From Elsinoe ampelina (taxonomy: Eukaryota), in contig ML992511.1 of assembly GCA_010093995.1 (NCBI GenBank), forward strand, positions 403,801 to 423,800: a stretch of 20,000 nt of DNA. The letters run 5' to 3'. Shown in pieces: positions 10,002 to 19,209 of this stretch (position 1 is the stretch's first letter; every line of letters begins with the position of its first letter). The position numbers were made by a program, and so were the translations under genes. Under the pieces are notes generated by a model. That model ran no database searches and had not been told where the DNA came from. It worked only from the letters and a program-made list of their open reading frames with translations.

Positions 10002-11571
10002 ATGGCGCAAAGAGGTCACTGGCGAGGACAGGGTGCCCGTCGTGGGAGAGGGGGTCGTGCTGGGCATGCATACCGTCCAAATACATCATTGTACTCGCAC
10101 CCGAACATGGTTGAGCTACCACCGCTTTCGGTTTCACAACAACTCCTCGAGCGGATTCCTCTGTCGGACGCGGCACATCTCAAGACGGAAAAAGAAGCCA
10201 AGATCAAAGACGTAGAATATGTTGCAAGTTACAATTGGAAGGAAGCAGGAAAAGATCCTACGATCATTGTCCCCGGTGCGTAAACCCTGTTACTAAGCTC
10301 AGACCATTGATCGTCAACCACATCTTCCCTATCATCAATTTTCACTGTGACTCCCCTTCAGAGATATATCTCTTCCATCTCAGCGTGGCAGTAACATGTC
10401 AATGTAAGTCCTATGCTGATAAGCTCCACCAGGTCGCCCACCACGATGGCAGCCGAGCAGGTCCCCGCAGAAACTGCATGAGGACTCGGGCGTCTATTAC
10501 CGTGACGTGAATGGAGCACACTTTCCATCATACCCTGTTGAGCCAGCCTTGAGGGCTATTCTGGTCCAGAGGCCCGGTATCACGTTGGCCGACATCCAGA
10601 TCTTCGGCTGCGGGAATACCTTCGGAAGTCTTCTATCCTTCGTTAGGAACGAAGAGCGCACCTTTCGATTCGGGGTCGAGCAAGTTGGATCCAGTGTCTT
10701 CTTTGTGCGTAAGACGAACACGCCACGAGAGACGCTCGACGATGTCCGGAGATTTGGTCATGCTTTTCCAGATGCCAACACTATTTGGGAGAAGGACGTC
10801 ACGACCACGAGTTCGCACCAGCGGGTCATCAGTTACACATTTGCTGGTCTCAAATGCTTCATCAGGTCCGAGAGCGACGGCTATCTCCCACACAAGGCAG
10901 GTGTTGTGGTGGCGTCAGACTCCGACAAGCGCGATGACCTGGGCTCTCCCAACTCAAGTCGCATGGGCGCGCTCTCACTTGGCCTAACTTCTTCACCCAC
11001 ATCTCGGAGTCTTGTTGTCGAAAAGGCAGGACAGTCCATCCCCCAAGCCGCCATATTCGACCTCAAGACTCGTACCATCAAGAAGAAGACAGACCACATC
11101 TCCGCGGACGACTTCCTGCATCGCCTTTGGGTGAATCAGACTCCCAACTTCATCATCGCGTTCCATACCCACGGCACTTTCGATCCCAAAGACGTGCACG
11201 TCATCGATGCGGGGCCTGGCATTCAGAAGTGGGAGAGCGATCACGCCCACGAGCTGGCGCTTCTCGGCGGCGTGCTTCACAAGCTCAAGGACATGGCGCG
11301 CACCGTGAAGGGCAACAAATTTGAAGTCAGAAGATCTGTGAATGGTCCACTCGAGATCTTCTCAGAAGTACAGTCCTTTTCTGCCCTTCCAGACGATCTG
11401 AAGAAATTGTGGGGCAGTGCAGAGGAGGAGTTTGTTGATGCAGTGGAGCAGCAGGGCGGCGCGAATGATCACAGCGATGATCACGACGGTGATCAGGATG
11501 GTGGTGCGCCCATCGACGTCGGCAGCGAGAGCGATAGTGACGAAGGCGATGAGGACTATCTCAAGTTCTGA
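10002..11571 (+). CDS. Divergent RAI1/DXO-like PD-(D/E)XK-fold putative nuclease; join(10002..10275,10433..11571), ~470 aa
   Basis: Spliced reading: MAQRGHWRGQGARRGRGGRAG...VASYNW...PTIIVPG|RPPRWQP...DSGVYYRDVNGAHFPSYPVEPALRAI. Ordered motifs resembling RAI1/DXO: FGHAFP (cf. GhxhE), SHQRVISYTFAGLKCFIRSESDG (cf. EhD), IFDLKT (cf. EhK), LWVNQTPNFIIAFHTHG (cf. WxQ...GhR). Acidic C-terminal tail. The gene model is well supported; the nuclease assignment is my inference; the exact start codon is uncertain. Confidence 0.75.
10276..10432 (+). other. Spliceosomal intron (157 nt)
   Basis: GTGCGT donor, GCTGAT branch-like motif at 10415-10420, CAG acceptor at 10430-10432. Splicing joins exon 1 in frame to the 354-aa ORF. 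Confidence 0.85.
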
Positions 11572-12731
11572 GGATCTACCGCGAGCATCATCGACGACCA
11601 CTTGGCCGTTACAGATGTATCTTCCTTGCTCGGATAGCGACACGCTGGTTCATGGTCAGAACAGTATAATCATAATAGCATGATACCCAAAATGAAAACG
11701 AAATGCAGACCAGACCTACCTGCATTGCCAAATGAATCGTCTTCTCCGCGGCCGTTCCATAATTCAAAATCACATCGCCATCCCATTTCAATTCATTTAC
11801 CTATTCATTTCCACTCGCAAGACAGACGTGTTCCGACCACCATCGCACAGAATACAGAAGGCAAGTCCTCCCGACCTGCACGAACTGATCTACGCTCAAG
11901 ATCTCCACTGCAGCGGCACAGCAACGACGCACCACGGCACTCATGCACAGCGACGATCCAGGCATGGCAGCCGCAGCGGTGGAATCGCAGAGCCGCACTG
12001 CAAAGCAAGGGAGGTGCACACGGGATCACACAAAACACTTGTCTCCCTCACCCTTCCTGTCCTTTATCCCTTTCCGTGATCCTACTTCCTCTGTCTGCCG
12101 CTTCCACACCCTCTCAAAGCTCCCACGCCCCTCCCCCTCACTCCAACCCCATCCTGACTTCCTCCTCTTCAACGGCCAGCTCCAGCCCTGACTGTAGCAA
12201 GACTCTGCGTCGGCAGGTGCCAGGAAAGTGTACTCGTCACCTCCCTCCAACCCCTCAATCGCCAGCCCCACACCTTCACACCCTGTGCGAAATCCAGCCA
12301 AGGGAGCCTCGATGTGGCTTGCGTCCAACGAAGCCCCTCCCACCCCGAGCGCAACGCCCGGCGTCGGGTGGCATCTGGCTCACTGCAAAAAACCCAGCGG
12401 CGCCACCTCGAACCTACAGCCCAGTAGTAAGTCCTCGACCCTACGCGTGGACTTTTGGATCAGCAAGATCGAATACCTGCTCGGCGGCGTCGGGTCCAGA
12501 AACTCAAGATATGCTGGTCCGTGGCGCTTTTTTTTTTCTTTGGCGGCGAGTCATGTTCGCGCTCTGGAGGGGTCCGGGATCGCCGCGGTGTGGGCTGCGG
12601 GCGTTGACCACGTGGGTCTCTGACTCTCTGCGAGATTGATTGGCCTCTGGAGGGGGGGAGTCGGTGGGGGTTTGTCGGTGTGATGAGCCATGGACTTGGG
12701 ATTTTGGCTACGGGAGTTGGCGGGAGCTGCT

Positions 12732-12784
12732 GGGATTGGGGAGGGAAGCTGGGATGGGACGGGGAAGCTGGGACGGGGCATGGG
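12732..12784 (+). repeat. G-tract cluster / imperfect GGGAAGCTGGGA repeat with G-quadruplex potential
   Basis: gggattggggagggaagctgggatgggacggggaagctgggacggggcatggg: nine runs of 3 or more G with 1-5 nt loops. Confidence 0.6.
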
Positions 12785-13160
12785 TCACTTATTAGCTGGT
12801 AAGGTGAGATTCCGTGAGCGTCGTGGTGTGAGTATTGATGGTCAGTGGTACCCTGGGGGTCAGGAGCAGTCTGTAATGTAGGACTGGTACATGTGAGTGA
12901 GCTGTGACATGTCAGGAATGGTTCATACAGGCAAGTACAGGCGTGAAGAAAAGTGAAGAATGGTAACGTCAAATTAGACTAGGTATTACACTACTCATTG
13001 TTCTCGTCGTCGTCGTCAGAAGCGTACGGTATGGTATAGTACCCTGCACAATCAAGCCTCGCATCTCTCTTTCCCTTATCCCCCTGCCACGAAACATGCA
13101 CCTCTATGCCCTCCCTTCCTCCCCTCCCCGATACACGCTATGCACCAAACCCTCACCATC

Positions 13161-14471
13161 TCAATCCCTATGCCTCCTGAACAAATCAAACAAACTCCTC
13201 CTCTTCTTCGGGGGACTCTTATCCCCATCCCGTCCCTTGACCTCCCCCTTCTCCGCCTTCAACGCCACCGCCGAGTCCTTGCTGTTATCCCTCCACGGCG
13301 CGCTAGGCCTCTTCATCGCGCGCTTCTCCTTCGCCGCTCTGGCGCCTGATACATCCTGCACTGTCGGGGCGGCTTCTCCCTCCGCTACACTGCCCAACCG
13401 CTCACGGCTCATCAGTCCGGCTCTCGTGCCCGGTCGTCCTTCCGTGCCGGGGATGAAGCTCATGCGGGCGCTGGGTCGGCGGCCTTCGATGCCAGTGGCG
13501 GGTGAGGCGGAGGGGATGAAGCGACTGCTTCGCCTTGCCAGGCGGCCGAGGAAGGATTGTCGCTCTGCGTCGTCTTGGGCGCAGGTTTGGCTTGCTTGAG
13601 CCCAGTCGTGGCGGTCAGCGGGTGCAGGCCGCCAGGACTTGCGGTGGGACTTCTTCGCCTCGCGGTCGGTGGAGGGGTCGTTCTCGTCTTGTTGTGGGGA
13701 GAGATAAGGGTTGCGGGGCATTGGAGGGGCGATATGGTGGAGGTCTGGCATGGTGATGTTCTCAAAGGCGGTGCTGAGGGCACGATTCTTGCGGGCGCTG
13801 GGTTTGCGCTCGGGTGATTGCTTGTCTGCTGTGGATTTTGTGCTGGGTTGCCGGTTGAGGCGCGAGGCGCTGGCGGGTTCGAGGAAGAACGAGCGGCGGT
13901 TGGCTGCTTTTCGTGCTTTGGTGAATTCTGCCTCTTCACGACTGCGTTCTTGGGAGAGGTGATGGAGGGCTTCGTTCTCGCTCATGCCTTTTTCCCGTGC
14001 TGCGAGGAGCTGCTTCGGGTTTAGCCACTGAGATGAGCGGCCCGAGTCGACACGGTCGTCGTCTGACTTGTCAGATCGATCTGAGCGGTCGGACTTGTCG
14101 GAATAGTCGTGATACCGACTCTGGCGACGAGACTTGGTGTCTGGTCCAGCAGTATTTGGTCTGGCAATCTCGCCATTGCTATGTAGCGAAAGGCGGGATG
14201 CGTAACGAGGTTGGTAAGTAAGATTGGATGATCTCTTATCCTGCAATTGCTTGCTACGTTGTCGTACTTGCTCCAACTTGAGCTCCAGACGGTAAGCTTC
14301 CAGTCGACGACATAATTCGTTGACGTCGAATGGTTCTAGTTGGCGGTGCGGGCGATCTGCAGGAGGGATCTAGAAATAGTCAGTAAGCATGAACAGCACA
14401 AAAGAACACCTCCAACTCACATCCAACTCCATAGACTCCGCCCTGTATAATCCAATATCGACAGCAGCCAT
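13161..14471 (-). CDS. Hypothetical Arg/Ser-rich, probably disordered protein; join(14471..14421,14369..13161), ~419 aa
   Basis: ATG at 14471 gives MAAVDIGLYRAESMELD, then a canonical intron, then IPPADRPHRQLEPFDVNELCRRLEAYRLELKLEQ... in frame with the 371-aa ORF. No recognisable domain. Confidence 0.8.
14370..14420 (-). other. Spliceosomal intron (51 nt)
   Basis: Minus strand GTGAGT...ACTGAC...TAG, phase 0; the acceptor TAG is an in-frame stop if the intron is retained. Confidence 0.88.
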
Positions 14472-16401
14472 ATTTGACTCTATGTGAAATTCCAATGTCA
14501 ACACAATGTTCGACCTCCTGTGAAGTCCGAGTGCCGATCTATTCCAGATGCAGACTTGTGAATGGTCGAGGTGCGAGGTGTATTCGATATGCGACAACCA
14601 GGATGCAAATGTGTAAGAGTATCCGGAGCAGGCGAAAGGAGAGTAAAAGACATTTACAAAAGGTTATGGACAAGACAAAAGAAATTTGGACGGGTATAAT
14701 GTTTGTGGTCGGAGTGAGTCCAGAAACAAAGACGCGACAGACAAGGACAAGTCGAAGCAAAAGGGCAAGATAACTCTATGGGTGTGGTGGTGGCTGATGG
14801 CTGATGGCTGACCCCCCCCCCACGGCTATCTTTGACGGATTTGTCGAGAGATGCTCGCGTGCCACATTGGAACAAGTGTAGGTTTCTGGTACGGCGAGAC
14901 CGAAAAGAGTCAGAAAAGGAGTTTCGACGTGCCTGATTCACTCTCCTGCGAGAGCGAGTGTCGTGGTAGGTTTCTGGTTCTGTAGCGGTTGTGGATCGTG
15001 GATGGCGGTTGGCGGATAACGGTGACGAATGTGTGGAGGGAATCCGTGGTTCTCAACAGTCAGGCGAGAGCTGAGCGAGGCGTCTGGAAGCTCTCCACCG
15101 CGAGATGTGGTTGGAATGTGGGCTGTCCAAGGGAATTGTGGAAGATCTGGGTCTCGTGGACCTTTTTGGGGGACAAGCAGAGCGAGGGCGAGTTGTGGTT
15201 GCTCGGACTGGTACGTGTTTCACTCGCTGACTCGTTCCCAAGCAGGGTTGAAACGCAGCGAGGGCGAGCAGAAAACGTCGAGACCAGCGGTGGTGGTGTG
15301 TTGACGGTTGAAAACAGCCGTTTCAACACATGGCCGGCGACTTGGCTAGAGGGGGGGGTCGTGCAGAAAGTGCAGGTCACAATTCCTTGTTAAACTCTCG
15401 ATTCCAAAGTATCTGATAGGGATCCTTCGGTGCCTCCATGTGCTCTGTGGGCAGGACACGAGCATGGTCAGGGTGCTCGCTGCTCCGGGGTATCTTTGCG
15501 GTGGATAGCAGTCGATAGGCTAGCGGAGCGGTAGCATAGATGATTGCCGGCTAGTGATCCAAATGGCTGCAAGCGATGTGCGATTGATTAATGAACAGAG
15601 CTACTCGATTGGACGGCGAGGATATCAGGCTTGATCAAGCACAATCGGACTCGGTCGGCAGGACATTCACGATCGGTAAGTGGCTTGAAGTAACGCAGCC
15701 TGATCAGAGGTCGCACTACGCGCACCAGAGGCACCAAAAGGCTGTCGCAAAACACTTTGACCGCAGAGTGACACGCTCATTTCGCATGTTTCGGTTTTTG
15801 GGTACCAAAATGTCTGAATGCGTCGAGAGGTATGCGCGTTTCTTTTGTTCTTTGTCTCTGGTTCCCCACTCGACGTCTGCGAGCAATTTCGAGTGGCTCT
15901 GCGACTCTCTGCGAGACGACGTAAGAGGTGCAGGCGTCCTGGCGAAAAGAGCCAAGAGACACCGCTTCAGGTTGCCCTTATCAGTGATTGCTCAATGATC
16001 GCTCTTTGACAGGACGGCCGGTTGCCTTGGATCTCGCACTAGCAATTTGGCACTGTCACTACCCCCTTCTCACTATACTGTATCTACTGTGCCGCTCCTT
16101 TGTACCCATGTAGAAATGTAGATTCAATAGCCAAAAGCTGTCCGACCAAGTGTGGTTCGACAGGGATTATTCCTGATAGTGCACCTGCTTGCAACTGATT
16201 TCCCATTCGCACAGATAACTTAACCTTGACTTTGCAATTTTGCCCCTCCGGGAAAACACGGTCAGGTCGCGTTGCGGTCAAGGATCTGTCCATGCAAGCA
16301 CTAGCACGCGGCACCGATGTGTAATATAAATTAATATGGCGCCCGTGAGGAGTCATGGACGTTTTCGGCTGTCTGCAACCGACCGACCTCGTATGGAGCC
16401 C

Positions 16402-19209
16402 TTACCATCTCGGTCGTGATTGGTCGCTTTTATCGATATTATGCATGGAATCAAGCTCCGATTTGACAGCTGACACGCATTCGTCCATCACGTCCGTTCC
16501 CACCCGCCAGCTTCGTAACATGACCCCTTGACGGTCCATGATGTCCTTTGCTCTGCGCCATCGTCGCTTCCATAGTTCTTCACGCTTGTTCACTGACTGC
16601 CCAGTAGTCTCATCGATAGCTTCTGTCCCGTTCCAGTAACCGCTCAGGCGTGACGCCGTAGAAGCTGCTGAGGAAGCAACACCTTGGCTCCGCCTTTGCG
16701 GGGGAGGTGCTGGATTATTGAGTCTAGTCGTCGAATGCAAACTCCTGGTATCTGCAGGTGAGATGGAAGTATTGGATGCAATACTCATGGACCGCGGGCT
16801 GTTTGCGTAACCATATGATGGGTCCGTGCCGTAGCCGTTCTGTGGCTGTCCGCTCAGTGAAGGCAAGGCGTTGTACGCCGCATTCAACTTGTGCATTGCA
16901 TACCCGCGCACGCCTTGGCCTTGTCTGTCAGGGTACACGGGCGCTCGAGTCTCGACAGGCGAACTCTCTTGTACCTGATGTAGTGGTGACGGACTTGTCG
17001 GTCGCACACTCGACGAAGGTTTTCTTGGCCTCGGTGGTGGAGGCTTGATGGTGTTCTGGCTACCAGTTGCCTGTTCAGATGCATCAGATGCACTCCGCAA
17101 TCTCACAGGCTTCGATGGTGGCTGCGGCTTGGGTGTAGATGACGGCGAGCTCAATCCTGCCGGTTTGGCGGGCACCGAAGGTGGTGGTCGGCTAAAGGCG
17201 TTCTGTTTGGGAGTAGGATCGTCGTCGCGCAGGTCAATCAAATCCCCTATATCGGAATCGCTACTTGGCTGATAAGAATCGATAGTCGACTGTGATGGGC
17301 GTTGTGGTAGTGGTGGCCTCTCCTCCCGATCATACCTGCTAAATTGCATTTTTGTCGGTGATGGTCCGTCAGAGAAGATATCCCTTCGTTGACGGGCAGT
17401 ATCACGCTCCATGTCTTGTAAGGATGCTGCGATTGCTGCTTCGAGATCCTTGTCATCGTTCTGTATATCCGATGGTCTAGAGAAGCGCTTTGCATGTGAC
17501 AAGCTATCGACACTTGGATTCCGTGAGTGTCGATCTCGAGGAGTAGTAGCACCACTGCCGCTCAATGGTCCCATGGACGGGTCAAAGAAGCCTCTATTGC
17601 CTGGCATGGTCACATCACGGATGAAGACTCCAATGACCCGGCCCGGATTTTCCATGACCACGTCAGTGTACACCTCGAGATCCGCCTCTCCACTATCGCC
17701 AATCAACAGGAAGCGTCGTTCAGGGAAGTCTCTGAACAGTCTTTCCAGCGTGGCTTTCTTCCGCTCTGCTACTGGTTCGAAAATTCCCTGAAGCATACCA
17801 CTGTACTGCTTGAGATGGAATGAACCTCTAGGCAGACCTGCTATCGAAAAGAAGCTGGTCATGACGGGAAAGAGTTGCCAGGGCGAGTTGGAGACATAAT
17901 GTAGCTGGACACCAAGATCAGACATCTTGTTATACCACTCCTTGACGCCTTCCACTGTCAACTCGCTCAGATCTCGGATAAAGGCGTTGCGGAATATCTC
18001 TCGGGCACCTCGTGTGATGGCTGAATGCCGAATGGTATCATCGATGTCGCTGATCAGACTGACACCTTTCGATTCTACCACTTTGACCTCTTCTTGGATC
18101 GACAAGTCTTCCATGGCGATGACACGGACGTGAGTCGGCACAAAATCGAGAGCTGCCCTGAAAGAAAAGTGTCCATATGCATCTGTCGTGACGGATTTCT
18201 GGCGTGACGTCATCTCATTGTAGAAAAAGGCATTGATGGTCGTACTCGTCAAAGGGTTGTGCATGAAGGGTTTGAGTCGAGTCATGAGGTTGGCATTTGC
18301 GATGGCGAGTTCAGCTGCCGACATGGACATTTGGGTCGTCGTTTGATTCTGATGGATGGAGCTGCTCTGGTTGGTACTCGAAATGGAGGCGAAACTCTCC
18401 GTACGCTTCGGCGGAAAGCTAGGTCCTTGATCTTGCAGCTCGTGTATACTATCCTTGTCCGAGTCGGGAGGTCGTTCACTAAAGCGCCCCTGCCGTGCTG
18501 CCTCAGCTTCTGCTTCGCCTTTGCTAATTATTGCTGCCGCTTCCTTTGATGCGAGCTCCTCTTCTGCGCGTATCGAAGTATTTCGAGAAGGACTCGCAGG
18601 ACGACTGCTTGGCGCACTGGAGCCAGCATTGCTTGATGGAGCAGGAATACCGACGAGTTGTCTTGCAAGAGCTATCATCAAACGTTGCTTGCGAGTCATC
18701 TGGCCTTTGTGAGGAGTGAATACCCAGCCTCGAACGTCGACGTCTACTATCGCGCGGTCGTCCTCGTAATTTTCCCATTGCTGCTTCCAGAATTCCGCAT
18801 CGCCAGCTCCTACGGTGTCTCTGTAGTCTCGTCCTGTGCCGGGTACTTCTTGAATGCTACCAGGGACTGCTTCGGGCTTGTATGTCAAAATCAGCAACAT
18901 TTCGTTATTCAGGGATATCACGCCTACCTTGACCTTGATATGTCGCCGTGCGTAGCTTGGGAACAAGATCATCTGCTCCTCACCAGTCGAGACCATGGCG
19001 ACGTTGTTGAAATCAGCATTATTACCATTCTGATTTTCACCCTCTGGCTTGTTCCAGCTTTGAACATATGTTTGTCGCAATTCGTTCGCAGCCTTGAGGT
19101 ACCCAGCTATCTTTCTGCGCCTCCCCCCTGATTCGCGAACCTCCTGCCGGCCATCTGAGTAGTTCTCATCGTTGTAATATCCTCTTTCTGCTTGGCCTCG
19201 GTATGCCAT
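16402..19209 (-). CDS. APP1: Phosphatidate phosphatase App1 (actin patch protein 1); probable join(19209..18928,18876..16402), ~918 aa
   Basis: HAD-like catalytic motif GVSLISDIDDTIRHS (DxDxT), HYVSNSPWQL, FPERRFLLIGDSGEADLEVY, IFIRDV-like VFIRDV, and a Pro-rich C-terminus. First in-frame ATG is at 19209; the track's 19548 start is a TTG. Confidence 0.92.
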   Translation of the reverse strand: MAYRGQAERGYYNDENYSDGRQEVRESGGRRRKIAGYLKAANELRQTYVQSWNKPEGENQNGNNADFNNVAMVSTGEEQMILFPSYARRHIKVKVGVISLNNEMLLILTYKPEAVPGSIQEVPGTGRDYRDTVGAGDAEFWKQQWENYEDDRAIVDVDVRGWVFTPHKGQMTRKQRLMIALARQLVGIPAPSSNAGSSAPSSRPASPSRNTSIRAEEELASKEAAAIISKGEAEAEAARQGRFSERPPDSDKDSIHELQDQGPSFPPKRTESFASISSTNQSSSIHQNQTTTQMSMSAAELAIANANLMTRLKPFMHNPLTSTTINAFFYNEMTSRQKSVTTDAYGHFSFRAALDFVPTHVRVIAMEDLSIQEEVKVVESKGVSLISDIDDTIRHSAITRGAREIFRNAFIRDLSELTVEGVKEWYNKMSDLGVQLHYVSNSPWQLFPVMTSFFSIAGLPRGSFHLKQYSGMLQGIFEPVAERKKATLERLFRDFPERRFLLIGDSGEADLEVYTDVVMENPGRVIGVFIRDVTMPGNRGFFDPSMGPLSGSGATTPRDRHSRNPSVDSLSHAKRFSRPSDIQNDDKDLEAAIAASLQDMERDTARQRRDIFSDGPSPTKMQFSRYDREERPPLPQRPSQSTIDSYQPSSDSDIGDLIDLRDDDPTPKQNAFSRPPPSVPAKPAGLSSPSSTPKPQPPSKPVRLRSASDASEQATGSQNTIKPPPPRPRKPSSSVRPTSPSPLHQVQESSPVETRAPVYPDRQGQGVRGYAMHKLNAAYNALPSLSGQPQNGYGTDPSYGYANSPRSMSIASNTSISPADTRSLHSTTRLNNPAPPPQRRSQGVASSAASTASRLSGYWNGTEAIDETTGQSVNKREELWKRRWRRAKDIMDRQGVMLRSWRVGTDVMDECVSAVKSELDSMHNIDKSDQSRPRW
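18877..18927 (-). other. Probable spliceosomal intron (51 nt, in frame, stop-free)
   Basis: Minus strand GTAGGC...GCTGAT..TTGAC..AAG; AT-richer than flanks; reads as an out-of-character peptide VGVISLNNEMLLILTYK. Confidence 0.7.

Noticed and set aside
10276..10432. Two micro-introns flanking an extra exon (TACTAAG..CAG at 10291-10302, GTAAGT at 10404)
   Set aside because: The implied introns would be only 27 and 29 nt, and the single-intron join gives a clean VPG-RPPRW reading.
10002..11571. Geranylgeranyl pyrophosphate synthase / secondary metabolite cluster
   Set aside because: No paired DDxxD motifs in an all-helical core and no biosynthetic neighbours; the DDHD/DGDQD residues are in the acidic tail.
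2668..11571. Recent horizontal transfer from bacteria
   Set aside because: Both genes have spliceosomal introns and base composition looks similar to the flanking genes; ancient origin of the AAA modules needs phylogeny.
11680..12639. 319-aa plus-strand ORF as a real gene
   Set aside because: P/S/R-rich with no recognisable motif, begins just after the nuclease-like gene's stop, and crosses homopolymer runs; not supportable without expression data.
14790..14821. GGCTGAT x3 and C10 run as a meaningful repeat or array
   Set aside because: Ordinary short simple repeats with no spacer structure; no CRISPR, tRNA or rRNA signal was seen anywhere in the window.
14474..16356. Several 60-135 aa ORFs between the hypothetical gene and APP1
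   Set aside because: No recognisable motifs; more simply promoter and UTR sequence.
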